Source of the DNA: Azolla caroliniana
Taxonomy: Eukaryota; Plantae; Polypodiophyta
Assembly: GCA_043228905.1 (NCBI GenBank)
Contig: JBHGNT010000001.1
Span: 32,488,001-32,552,000 of the forward strand
Direction of reading: 5' to 3'
DNA: 64,000 nt
Made by a program: the position numbers and the translations under genes
Notes under the pieces: generated by a model
The model's input: only the letters and a program-made list of their open reading frames with translations
Databases searched by the model: none
What the model was told of the DNA's origin: nothing
In this document: positions 32,867-44,165 of the stretch, piece by piece
Layout of the letters: each line of letters opens with the position of its first letter
Numbering within the stretch: position 1 is the stretch's first letter

Positions 32867-35800
32867 TCATTCCTCGCCCGTCGGTTCTTCCTCGTTTTCG
32901 GATCGTTCGTCACTGCCGACCAGGAGAGCCGGGTCTGGCTCGTCGTCGTGTCGCTTCTTGAACGCTTTGATCCGTTTCCCTGCAACCGGTATCGTCATTC
33001 TCGTGCCGTCGAGTTCCGCCAGGTGGTATGTCCCGTTGTCATTGGCGCTCCGTACCACGTAAGGCCCGAACCACCTTCGTGCGAACTTCCGTGTAGCTCG
33101 GTGCTGGTTGTCGAGGCTGCTATCGTAGACGAGCACCCAGTCACCTTCTTCGATTTTCTTCGGTCGGAGCCGGTGCGTTCGGTCGAACCTGGCTTTGTTC
33201 TTTCTCCTCGCCACTCGGAGCTTCTCCGCAGCCAGTTCCACGTCCTCCGGTCTCCGCTCGAGCTGTTGTATGCGCGCGGCCAACAACTCCTCCCGGCTCA
33301 TCTCGTCCCTCCAGTCGACCGTTGCCCACGAGGAGATCGTCCGTTCCATCGGCATGATCGGCTTCTGGCCGAACATGAGCTCCGTCGGCATGTACCCGGT
33401 TACCGAACTGTGCGTGGTCCGGTCCGCCCACAAAGCATAAGGTAGCAGCCGCGGCCAGTTACCGACTCGGCCTCCGCATGCCCGAACCAACGCCTTGACG
33501 ATCGGTCCGTGTCCGCGCTCCACCTTTCCATTCGCCTCCGGATTGTACGCAGTGGTGAGCGAGAGCTTGACTCCCAGCCGGTCGAACAGCTCCGCGGCTT
33601 CTTCGGCGTCCAACTCCCCTCGGTCAGCCACGATCTTTCCGACGCACCCATACCGGCATATCACGTCCTCGACTAGGAACCGGCATACGGCCGCGGTTGT
33701 TTTGTTCGGAAGGGCCCGGCCTTCCACCTGGTTCGTCAGATCCTCCCGCGCTAGGACCAGGTACCGCATCTGTCCTACTCCCATTGGCATCGTCACAAGA
33801 TCTACCATCCATTTGAAGTGGATGGTCGGAGGGTACGTGGGGTGAAGCTCGTCCCGATGTCGGACCGTGGAGTGCATCTGACAGCTCTCGCAAGTTGTCA
33901 CGAACCGATGCACGTCCTGGTACTGCCCCGGCCACCAATACTTCCCCTTCAGTTTCTCAAACGTAGCCCATGTTCCACGGTGTCCAGCCCAAGGGCTGTC
34001 GTGGTAGGCCGTCAGCAGCTCCTCCTGTTCTTCCTTCATCGCCACCACCCGGAGCGGAACGCCGTCCTTCTTCTTCGGGTTCTTCCATAGACAGCTATCC
34101 CGGAGAAAGAACCGGTACGCTTTCTTCCGGATCCGGTCGGCCTCGTCCTTCGTCCATGACGCATCGGGCGTCATTGTCTTCAGAAACCCACTGATCTGCA
34201 GCCACTCCCCGTCGTACTTGCTCGCGTCGAAGTCGTTAAGCGTCGGAGTGCTTGTTCCGTCTGTTGTTACATACGCAGTCTCGAAGAAGTCCACGCCGAC
34301 GTCTTCGTCCTCCGAAACCATGCCGCCCTCGTCATCGAATCTCGCCCTTGAAAGCATGTCGGCCATGGCGTTGTCTTTCCCGGAAATGTGTCGTATTACC
34401 GGGTCTAGGGACTTGATATACGCTATCCACCTGAGCATTGCCAGGTCCGGCGTCGCGCATCCGGAAATCATGCCGAGAATCGGCATGCAATCCGTCTCTA
34501 TGATTACCTCCGTCCCGATCAGATAGTCCTTGTCGGCCTTCACCGCCGAAACGATACCCCAGAGTTCGCGTTTAACCTGGGCGTATCCTCGCTGCCGTTC
34601 GCTGAGGACCTTCGCACCGAATCGGATCGGGAACCGATTGCCGTCCTCGTCTTCTTGGTTGACGACCCACCCGATTCCGGTCGGACTCGTGTCAACCGTT
34701 ATGTACACTGGGGTGCCCTTCCTGTAGACGGCCTTTCGGAGCGCCGGTGCTGCCGAAAGAGCCTCCTTCAGCTTCCGGACCGACTCCGTGTGCTTGTCTA
34801 GCCATTCGAATCTTCGCCCTTTCCTCAGTAATCCGTATAGCGGCTCCGCAACGTGGGCGTAATGCGGGATCCATATGTGGTAGAATGCGCATGCCCCCAG
34901 GAATCTTCGCACTTCCGTGACCGAGCTGCAGTCGGGCTTCATCGCGGAGATGGCTTCTACCTTTGCCGGAGACGGTTTCCGGCCATATGGCCCACATAAG
35001 TGTCCGACCACCATGATTTCCGACTGCCCGAAGGCTGATTTCTCCCCCGAGAAGGTGAGCCTCGCCTCCTCTAGCCTTTGCAGCACCTTCTCGCAGTCGT
35101 CGATGTGCGCCGTCACGAATCGCCGGCATCCGTCCGGCCCGATCGTCTCGTCCTTCTCTTCTACCGGGCATCCCTTGATCGGGATGTCGTCTAGAAACGG
35201 CATGGTGATGTTCGGGATGCAGTCCCTCAGCACCTTGTTCATCGCATTCACCATGTGGGCCACCGAGTTGGTCCCTCCTTGCGGCAGCGTACACATCCGC
35301 ACTAGGCCGAGGGGAGTTCGCATCGTCGTAATGTCTCTGCTCTCCACGGCTAGCTGGAACTGGTCATACCCTGAGTATAGATCACCGACCGAGTAAATCA
35401 ACCTTCCGGCGAAGGCCTCCGCGAACTCGTCTATGGTCGGTCCGATCCCCGCGTTCCGAATGGTCACTCTATTGACCGGCTGCAGGTCCTGAATGAAGCG
35501 CAATGATCCGTTTTTCTTTGGTACGGTAAACCAGCGGTTTGAATACGGGGCGCTCGACGGCTCGAGAATGCCCATATCAACTTTCTGCTTCAACAGCTCC
35601 ATCAACTTCGGGATGTGAGCTCTCGGAACCGAAATTGGCTTGAGATTCCACGGTACATGCGGTACCGTGAATATCACCATCGGCTCTACGATCGTCGGGT
35701 CCACGCACCCGATTTCCTCCGGCGAGAATGCGAAGGCTTTCCCGTGCCTTCCGAGCATTCTCCGGAACCGGTCTTCCTCCGCCGGCAGTAGGAACCCGCC

Positions 35801-36223
35801 CCCACCGATCTTCAGCTCGCGGAGCGTCTCGTTGGTGAAGGTGTGTCCTATGCAGGCCCGATCTCGTAAGCTGGGGTCCGATGCAACCCCTTTAATCCGG
35901 GATTCACTGCCCTCCGGTAAGGGCGCCGCAACTGGCCTCACCTTCCGGTCCACCGTCTTGTACTTGGTGCTCACCCGGGCCGTCCGTTCCGACTCGAGCC
36001 CTCGACCGAAGTCCGCGATGACTTCGTACATTTCTTCGGAACATACCGGTATCGTCCGGTCTTCGTTAAGGTCTTCTTCGACTACCTTCCCCAGCATTCC
36101 CAAGGTGTCGTTGAAAGAGACTGCCTCCACGGCTCCGTTGATTCCTTCGTCAGAGCTGAGAACTCCGCACGCCCGAAGTCTCCCCTCCGTCTTTGTTTTC
36201 TCTCGGCCGGTGATGCCGACCAT
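32867..36223 (-). CDS. pol: Pol (RT, RNase H, integrase), copy F
   Basis: 1118-aa ORF colinear with pol of E. Confidence 0.95.
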   Translation of the reverse strand: MVGITGREKTKTEGRLRACGVLSSDEGINGAVEAVSFNDTLGMLGKVVEEDLNEDRTIPVCSEEMYEVIADFGRGLESERTARVSTKYKTVDRKVRPVAAPLPEGSESRIKGVASDPSLRDRACIGHTFTNETLRELKIGGGGFLLPAEEDRFRRMLGRHGKAFAFSPEEIGCVDPTIVEPMVIFTVPHVPWNLKPISVPRAHIPKLMELLKQKVDMGILEPSSAPYSNRWFTVPKKNGSLRFIQDLQPVNRVTIRNAGIGPTIDEFAEAFAGRLIYSVGDLYSGYDQFQLAVESRDITTMRTPLGLVRMCTLPQGGTNSVAHMVNAMNKVLRDCIPNITMPFLDDIPIKGCPVEEKDETIGPDGCRRFVTAHIDDCEKVLQRLEEARLTFSGEKSAFGQSEIMVVGHLCGPYGRKPSPAKVEAISAMKPDCSSVTEVRRFLGACAFYHIWIPHYAHVAEPLYGLLRKGRRFEWLDKHTESVRKLKEALSAAPALRKAVYRKGTPVYITVDTSPTGIGWVVNQEDEDGNRFPIRFGAKVLSERQRGYAQVKRELWGIVSAVKADKDYLIGTEVIIETDCMPILGMISGCATPDLAMLRWIAYIKSLDPVIRHISGKDNAMADMLSRARFDDEGGMVSEDEDVGVDFFETAYVTTDGTSTPTLNDFDASKYDGEWLQISGFLKTMTPDASWTKDEADRIRKKAYRFFLRDSCLWKNPKKKDGVPLRVVAMKEEQEELLTAYHDSPWAGHRGTWATFEKLKGKYWWPGQYQDVHRFVTTCESCQMHSTVRHRDELHPTYPPTIHFKWMVDLVTMPMGVGQMRYLVLAREDLTNQVEGRALPNKTTAAVCRFLVEDVICRYGCVGKIVADRGELDAEEAAELFDRLGVKLSLTTAYNPEANGKVERGHGPIVKALVRACGGRVGNWPRLLPYALWADRTTHSSVTGYMPTELMFGQKPIMPMERTISSWATVDWRDEMSREELLAARIQQLERRPEDVELAAEKLRVARRKNKARFDRTHRLRPKKIEEGDWVLVYDSSLDNQHRATRKFARRWFGPYVVRSANDNGTYHLAELDGTRMTIPVAGKRIKAFKKRHDDEPDPALLVGSDERSENEEEPTGEE

Positions 36224-36345
36224 CGTACATGCTCCGCTGTCGGAGAAGCAAAATTTCCTACCTATTGTACACGGTTTTATCGTACAGATGTGGGGTTTTC
36301 CCGGAGCATCCGGACTGTCGCGGCCCCACGCCTTGGCAGTCCTCT

Positions 36346-38472
36346 CTAAAAATCACCTCGGGTTTCGGAACCGAGGGAATCGCGGTTACGTTCGTGGTTC
36401 GGCCTTACCGTCAGAAACTGGACCGAATGGCGCCCGTCTTGGCTTTTGACTCTCGCGTAGGCCGAACCATTGTCCAGCACTTTGGTCTCCATTCGCGCCG
36501 CCGTGATGTACGGCTCTCCCAGAATGACCGGATGCGAAGACATCTCCTGCACGAAGAAGTGCTGGTCAATCTCGACGTCGCCAATCTTGACTCGCACATT
36601 CGGACAGGCCCCGTGCAGTTCCTCGGTGGCGCGCGTTGCTGCCCTTATTTTCCACCCGTGCTTGGTGTTGATCGGCCATTTGCCCTTCTTATAGAAGTCC
36701 ATGGACATCAAATTGATCTCCGATCCGTGGTCCACCAAAGCTGTCACCGGTTCCTGGACATCGCCGATCTTCACCGGGGTTTCCGTGGTCGCTCGGGCCC
36801 AGTGTGGCCTCGAATAGTGGCTTTCCGCCCACTCGTCTCCCAGCGCCATGTCGTCTAGGTGCGTCGTCCGCACTTCCACCGGTCTTTCCGGTTCTGTCTC
36901 CGTCGACAGCCTCTTCCGTTTCACCAAGTCCACGATGGAGTCGTGGAACTCCTTCTTGGCGATTCCCAGCACCTCTCGTAACGACAGCTCCACCTTGCTG
37001 TCGAGGATCCGTTCCTCCAGGACCTTCCGTAAGTCCGTGGTCCTTTCTATCTCCGTCCCCAGACGGTACCCGCCCTTCTGGGGTTTATCTTGCGTGCCGG
37101 CCCCGCCGGATTCGTCCCGTCGTGGCCCGGACCGGGTCTCGTATCGTTGTGAGGGCCCGGTCGTCCCGGGTTTCCCCACCCGCTTCTCTTCTACCAGAGC
37201 CTCGTAGTTCTGGCAAGCGGCTTCCACGAAGCCCGTCCGTTCCTCGACCGGGTCGCTCCACCCGGTCATCTCCCGTACCCGTTTCTCCGCACGGTCCGAT
37301 TCCTCCCCTTTAAGCCTTGCACCGGCAAGGCCTTCCAGCATCGTCGGCCAGAATCCGGCTTTGCTTTCCCTTCGGGCCTCGCCGCCCCCGACTCGAATGC
37401 CGGCCGACGCCGAGTAGTGGACGGTTTCCGCGTGTCGGGCCGCCGCCTCTTCCATCAACCTTTTCATACCACCTTTTCCGTCGTTTCGGCTCAGGGCCCT
37501 TCGGGTGTCGCTGGCATGCACCCGTCCTTCCCACAGGTACACCACCCTGTCCCTCAGCGCCTCCGCGAAGTCGCCGCAGTCCTTCCGAATGTGGCCGACT
37601 TCATCGCACCACATGCACCTGTTTCCTGCCGCCGGCCGTCGGTCACGAGCCGGTTCGCCACCTTCCCTTCGGGCTTGCGCGATTTGGAGGTCCTTTACCG
37701 CCCTCGTCAATTCCTCCAGCGCCTCTCCTCCGGTTGAGCCTCTGACTACGCCGGTCGAAGCCGAACCGGTTTCCAACCACTCTCGGGTCTCTTCCTTTCG
37801 CACCTGTGGCGCTGGTTCGAACTTCCTTGCTGCGACCGAGCCCGACCCGGTTACCCCGTTATCCGCCCATTCTCGCCGTTTGTCGAAACGGCCACAGACC
37901 TTCTTGACAGCCGCCCAGTCGGTAGTGAGCCCGTCTTCGGTTTCCAGCAAGAGGCCCACTTGCTCCCGATCCCGCTCGTCGACCGACTTGACAAACAGCA
38001 AGACCCGGCTCGTGTCCAGGATGGTTCGGTCGAGCGCCGAAAGGCGCGCAAAGTTTTCCTCGAACTCCCGGAGGAGTGCCGACGCGTTTCTTCCCTTCCC
38101 CGGGGACTCCACCCATTCCATGAACCTTCGCTTCGAAAGCCGGAGCGCGTCGTCCAGCCCGTATTTCTCTAGGAGCCGACCTTCGAACTCCTCCCAGGTA
38201 CGGCTCTCCGCCCGCACCTCGAGCACCTCCGCATGGATGCTCGGCATCGCCACTCGGGGAAATCCGGCAAGACGCCTTCCTTCCGGAATGTCCCGCATCA
38301 GCATCTCTGCACCGTAGGACGCCAAATACTTCGTGGCATCCTTCCCATCGAACCGGCCGATCGTACCGACGACCGCCTCAATAGCTCTGTCGAGGGCACC
38401 GGTGCTCTCGCGCGCGTTTACAATCCGATCCACAGCCGAAGCCATGGCCTCTGCGAGATCCGACCCCCTCAT
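36346..38472 (-). CDS. gag: Gag-protease, copy F
   Basis: Near-identical to Gag-PR of A and E. Confidence 0.93.
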   Translation of the reverse strand: MRGSDLAEAMASAVDRIVNARESTGALDRAIEAVVGTIGRFDGKDATKYLASYGAEMLMRDIPEGRRLAGFPRVAMPSIHAEVLEVRAESRTWEEFEGRLLEKYGLDDALRLSKRRFMEWVESPGKGRNASALLREFEENFARLSALDRTILDTSRVLLFVKSVDERDREQVGLLLETEDGLTTDWAAVKKVCGRFDKRREWADNGVTGSGSVAARKFEPAPQVRKEETREWLETGSASTGVVRGSTGGEALEELTRAVKDLQIAQARREGGEPARDRRPAAGNRCMWCDEVGHIRKDCGDFAEALRDRVVYLWEGRVHASDTRRALSRNDGKGGMKRLMEEAAARHAETVHYSASAGIRVGGGEARRESKAGFWPTMLEGLAGARLKGEESDRAEKRVREMTGWSDPVEERTGFVEAACQNYEALVEEKRVGKPGTTGPSQRYETRSGPRRDESGGAGTQDKPQKGGYRLGTEIERTTDLRKVLEERILDSKVELSLREVLGIAKKEFHDSIVDLVKRKRLSTETEPERPVEVRTTHLDDMALGDEWAESHYSRPHWARATTETPVKIGDVQEPVTALVDHGSEINLMSMDFYKKGKWPINTKHGWKIRAATRATEELHGACPNVRVKIGDVEIDQHFFVQEMSSHPVILGEPYITAARMETKVLDNGSAYARVKSQDGRHSVQFLTVRPNHERNRDSLGSETRGDF

Positions 38473-40637
38473 CTTCTGCTCTTCTGCCGCCTCTTTCACG
38501 TCGGGTTCACCAAGATGTCGGGATATTATGCAAGTGCGTGTGGAATCGAGGCGGGACCGCGGGGGTCTCGAACCAAAGAGCAAGCGAGGGAGGGGAAAGA
38601 GAGAGAACCGGCTACGCAGGACCGGGGGTACACAGGGACACGGCCCTTCAGCATGGAGAACACGAACAGACACCGACACAGACAGATGCGAATGGCTAAA
38701 TGTGTATATTAAGAAAAACGGCTAACACGACTACAACCCTCGACGGGGCACAGGTTGGTTACGACCGAACAGGCCGGCGAACAGATGCCGATGCCTGTTC
38801 ACTTCGACGCTCAAAGGGGCTGTAGCTGGTCGGAGGTGCTGCCGGAAGCACTCGGGCGTTCCTCGAAAACAGCGCGAGCCTCCTCGGAACCCTGCACGGA
38901 AAGCTATGGAGCTCAAGAAGGAAGGAAACAGAGAGCGAAGCGTCCAGAAACGGTCCGGCAGCACTTCGTCCTCTCTGCGCGAGATATCCCTGCAACAGCT
39001 CTTTCCCGCTCCTTATATAGGCCGTCCTGTCAGCTTTATTCCCTGTCCCTTTTGGACAGGGATCCGCTCCGTTTTTCACGCATCCGCGTAGTTACGCCGC
39101 CGACTCGTACAGTTCGCGCGCGCGACCGAAAAGACTGTTCGCGCGGTCTTTGTCTCCACTTGAGTTAGGGCCCGTTCCTGCCGATTATCCTCCTAATTCG
39201 CTTCTATGTACTACTTGGAGCGTGCGCGCGCGAAGAACCGGTTCCCACGCCTTGGTGCGCCGATTCCGCCTATGGACGGTTTTCTTCACGACACCGTGTC
39301 GCTGTCCCATTCGTGTCTTTGCTTCGAAGGGCCGTGTCCCTGTGAATCTACGCTCGCACGTATTGGGTCTCTCTCTCTCTCTTACTCTTCGGTACAGGAC
39401 CCCCGAGGTCCCGCCTCACTCCACGCATCCGCGAGGAATACCTCGACAACGAGCTGGAAACCCTGAAGGGTTGTTTCATATTACCCATTGACCATTAGTT
39501 GTTTCTATGTAATAAAGGGTAGTTCTTCATAAATTACAATATAAACATGTTTCTTGCATATCATGCAACATATAAACAATATTTGACTTTGGAAATGTTA
39601 ATCCTTAAAAGGTTATTTATTACCAAACAAATTTGTCATTATTTCCTTCATACATGTGTTTGTGTTATGATTATAGTATTTAGGTTTTATTGGGCGCATA
39701 CTTAGCATATGACGACCTTGATAGTTGAAATACTTTATTTTGATAAATTTATAAGGTCGTTTTGAGTCATGTTTTAAGGTCTGCTAATGTGGCGTAGTTC
39801 ATACATCTGGATATGTTAATTGTCTACCTAGATATAGTGGAAGAATACATTGTCTTTTAGTCTTGTATTCACCTCATCTCGTGATTCATCTAAATAATAG
39901 AATGGATGACACCCCCCCGACCCGAGACTCTTTTTGTGAAAATTTTGGGGAGCAATGAGTTTCATTCATACAATAAAGGGAGGTTGAGGTGGCATGATGG
40001 CCAAGGTTTTCTACCAATGTGCATGGCACGAGGTTATTTGATGTTATTCTATTTAAGCTTGAATGAATCATCCAATCGAAGATTTCTACCAATTACCTCA
40101 ATCATACATGACACAATATTTGCACTACTTAAGAGTATTGCATGCATCTTTTAAGTTGTGGACATTTGCAAAGCCAATGGAATCTTTGGGAATTTGGCCA
40201 ACAAATGTTTTTTGACGCAATGTATCTATTTGGCTTCGTAGCCCTTATTACTTGTACTTCATATTGGGGTGTTAAGGGAAACCTCCCACCACTGTTAGTA
40301 GGTGCAATGGTAGGAGTTTAACGACCCGGCAAATTGTCTTACGTACCAGAATCAACACTTTCTTATGTTGGGATATTGTAAAAAAACAAAATCTAGTTGT
40401 AGAACCCTCCTATGTTCCTAAATTTTACATTTGACAATCTATCTTTTGATTCACATCGATAGTGTAAACCCCTACCTAAAAGTTTAAATGATGTAGTTCC
40501 TCATTGTTTTTACTACTTTGTTGTTAAGAAGAAAAATTTAGTGATAGGGTTCCATTTGATTCCTTGTTAAGAAATTTCTCAAGAAATCCTCCTTACATTT
40601 CAAAGTTCTTTAGGATGGGTGCAAAACCTACTTCTCA

Positions 40638-43600
40638 GCAATATGCTTTGTGGCATGCATTGTGGTGCATCTATGGAATCTATTTTGCATGTGTTTTTGG
40701 GTATGTCCCAAGATCAAGCAAATTTGGAGTAAGTTGTTTTTATTGTTGAGACAACATTATCCTCGTTCTATTTTCTTGTGGGGGCAGTATTATGGGGTGT
40801 CCTTCATGGAGATGTTATGAAGTATGAAAGTAGGCATGCTTTTCATGTCTTTCACTTTTCCCATGGACACCTCATTTCCATCTTCTATTCGACGGTTTAG
40901 AATTGAAAATCTGGTTATTTGGCATACTATTACGTCATTGGCTCTTTGGATAATATGGAAAGCGAAATGTGATGTCGCTTTTAATAATGCTCACATACAT
41001 CTCCACACCATGCTAATTGAATTCTGGTTGTTATTTGTCCATACAATACGTGATCAATATGATGATCTACAAGGTTGAGCTGATGTTCTATGGCAACGTC
41101 AAGTAGCCTTTAAGAAACGATGGCAAGGGCTTCACTTATTTTCAGATACAACTTCTGGTCTGAGGTGGAATTATGCCATACCTTCTTTTTTGTTGCATAG
41201 CTCATAGTTTTTTCTCCACTTTTTCTTATATGATATCATTTGTTTGATCAGATGTTGGTACTAGCCTTTGTATCACAATAGAAGTGAGATGAAAGAGTTT
41301 TTGGGAATACTCAGCATGGGCGGAGGAGCAAGAAGTGGACCTAGCAGTAATGCTACTCGACTTCGAAAAATCATATGACAGGATTTCGTGGGATTTCTTA
41401 GAAGTAGTGATGGCAGCCCTAGGCTTTGAACAACAATGGATCCTTGGAATGGGTGCCTTTTACAGAGGTGCATCCGGCCAGGTGTTTAATGGCTGGAAGT
41501 ATGGGGAAGAGCTTTAAGATGCTATGTTCGGTACGCCAAGGATGCTCATTGGCCCCGTGCGTATACATCATTGGAGCAGAAGCTTTGCATTATCAAATTG
41601 CTGATAGATCTTGGCAAATACAAGGCCTTACCTTGCTCGATGATGAAGGTATGGTGCTTGATACGACATATGTTGATGACACAATGGCCTATGTCAAAGG
41701 TGATGCACACAACTTGGGCAAATTGCAAAATGCAATTGATGAGTTTAGTAGGGGATCGATCAGATGCTAAAATAAATTGGAATAAATCAATGGGCATTTG
41801 GATCAGTAATAAGCCCATGTTAAATTGGGTCTCATACCCCAATTTTAGATGGTTGAGGAAAGGAGAAGTTACTAGATACTTGGGCTTCAAAATTGGTATG
41901 GACATCGATCGAGTAGTACACTACAATCTGCTAGTGGACAACATAAAAACGAAGCTAATATGGTGGAATGCAAGAAAACTATCCTTTGCGGGCAAGATTG
42001 TGATTGCAAATCAGATTCTAATGGCCACTATATAGCATACTACTGCATGTTGGATAATCGTGCCCAAGTCGATGAAATTGATAAAAAGGATTATCAGAAA
42101 TTTCTTATGGGGGGGCACGGAGGAAAAACAGGCATGTGCAAAGGTTGCTTGGACCACGCTTATAAAAAGGAAAAGTGTAGGGGGGGTGGGATTGATAGAT
42201 CTCGTGGTGCAAACGAAGGCCTTGCTAGGCAAACTAGTGGTCAAGAGCAACCTCCTGAGGCACCTTGGAAAGTTCTATGGCGACGTAGATGGAAGATGTG
42301 GTTGCCGAGACAAGGTGGATGTTGGCCAAGCATCCCATTTTGGGGCTTTGTGCCAGAAATGAGACCCAAATACTGGGGAAGTATGTAGATTCTTTGTGCT
42401 ATTGGAATTATGAAAACATGGCAAGAAATCAGAAAGGGGATCACATGTAGGTGGAGAAATGAAGCATTTGCGCAGATGTACATGCCAATTGTGTGGAACC
42501 CATTGATTAGACATGTGGATGGGCTGATGATAGGACAAAAAGCCGGTTTCAAATGGACCGAGTTAATCAATGCCCAAGGGAATGCATTAGTGGAGTGGGA
42601 GAGGTTTTTGTCCAATGAGGTGGGCACTCAAAAGGCTAGAATATGGAGAATAAGCATGGGTAAAGGCATGCTCAAGAGAATTACAGATGCCATTGCATGC
42701 TACAGGAATACCTTGGAAGAGGAAGAAGTAACAACCTCTGAAATTGCGTGGACAGGACTTACAGATGTTGAAAATTGCTTAATTGGCATTAAGGGAATGA
42801 AAGTAGAATCAAATGAGGTATGCTACTACAAACTAGAGCACGGAATGGTAAGAGTTGAGCAACCAACCTTTCAAAGAGAAAGGCCGATTAGGCTGATCGC
42901 AAAAAATGGCAAGAATATGATTATTGATCCTAAGCCAAGGGAGATCACACCGGCGACAATGTGTTGGCCTATAGAAGGGCATCTGGATCAGCTATCATGG
43001 GACCCAATGATATATCTTTGGAGAACTCAAGGACAAATTGATGGGGAAAAGCTGGTTCAATTTTTCAGGTATAACATGAAGATTGGGAGGCAAATTATTC
43101 TAGAACAAGAACACGACAAGATTGCGGCAAAGAAATTTTGGATACAGGAGGGCATTAGTGAAATGAGACTAGATAAATTCTAGAAAATGATATGGCATGA
43201 TAGATATGACCGCAAGATAATGATGTGCTTATGGCTTATTGCACATAGAGCCTTGCCGGTACGGACGTGGGGTAAAGGCCCCAATGTATTGCATGTGGAC
43301 ATATAGAAAGCATTTCCCATTGTCTATGGGAATGTCGCGAGGCAGTGGTTGTATGGGGAAGGGCACTACGTTTGCTTTGCCATGCCTCTAGTTCATTCAC
43401 CCTCAACTAGGGACATGCTTGCTGGATTTGTCTTGAGGATGATGTAGCGAAATACGATAGCACATGCGATGCTCAGTACAGAGGGTAGAATGGCATTGTT
43501 CGGCTGATCACTGACAACAGGGTACCTAAAACTTGTGCACATAATCAAAAACTTGGAGATATTTGGACGTTGCTTGCCCCCATTACTATATGGTGTATAT

Positions 43601-44165
43601 GGACAACCATGTGTACCAGGGTATTTTCAGCACACAAACACCCTCCAACTGAATCGATTAAGCTTATATGGTACACATTAATAATTACACTAAGAGCTCA
43701 ATATGAGTAGATTGATGGTACTAATGATGTTGTAGAACTAATGAGGCAGAATTTTCGAAAGCGATGGTATACTACACTGATGGCCGTAGCAAATGGAATG
43801 GATATACTATGGAAGTATGAAGTACCCAGATGGTTGTTCCCCCCTCCCATTAGTTGAACGATAGGCGTGAAAGACATGGCATGTGGGATCGTTAATGAAT
43901 GTGAAGTGTATGAAAGGATGGCTAGAGACATATGTGAAAGTGTAAGATAAATAAGCGAGATCTCTTATGTAGGATAGGATAGTCTTGGCACGGCCTACCC
44001 GAAAAAGGATCGAGTTTGTGTATATTTTGACTAATGGAGTATATTCTTTTTTGGGAAAAAAAAATAGAAGTGAGATGAAATGTCTCCTTCTGTTTTCTCT
44101 ATGTACACTTCTCAACTAATATACTAAGGTGTATATTTCTTTTAATTTTAAATAAATAAATAAAT
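40638..44165 (+). mobile_element. 5'-truncated L1-like LINE (family 1), interrupted by a second LINE
   Basis: Degenerate ORF2 C-terminus (LWIIWKAKCDVAFN), (AATA)n tail, and TSD AAACCTAC[T/C]TCTCA at 40624-40637 and 44166-44179. Confidence 0.75.
41295..44062 (+). mobile_element. 5'-truncated, degenerate L1-like LINE (family 2) with RT remnants
   Basis: LLDFEKSYDRISW, SVRQGCSLAP, YVDDT and RYLGF; A tail; 18-bp TSD AATAGAAGTGAGATGAAA at 41277-41294 and 44063-44080. Confidence 0.9.

Larger units (their letters stand above)
32006..39293 (-). mobile_element. Intact Ty3/gypsy copy F, inserted antisense in the 3' LTR of D
   Basis: LTRs at 32006-32795 and 38516-39293 differ by about two substitutions and one 12-bp deletion. 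TSD CCGT at 32002-32005 and 39294-39297; the empty site is visible in the 5' LTR of D. Confidence 0.97.
17872..39448 (+). mobile_element. Ty3/gypsy element D, full-length but disabled, hosting E and F
   Basis: 5' LTR 17872-18522; PBS 18527-18544; 3' LTR 31527-32005 plus 39298-39448; TSD ACGA at 17868-17871 and 39449-39452. Confidence 0.95.

Noticed and set aside
38473-38679. N-terminal extension of Gag in copy F (777-aa ORF)
   Set aside because: It arises from a 1-nt shorter LTR-PBS spacer that puts LTR sequence in frame, and is not shared by A or E.
52-38725. Many antisense or alternate-frame ORFs of 100-310 aa over the gypsy copies (e.g. 751-1692, 1452-2264, 22174-22983, 32708-33445)
   Set aside because: Shadow ORFs of GC-rich coding DNA. 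They recur only because the copies are near-identical and show no recognisable domains.
17872-39448. Bacterial contamination or prophage suggested by the GC jump
   Set aside because: The GC-rich DNA is exactly bounded by LTR termini and TSDs, and encodes retrotransposon proteins.
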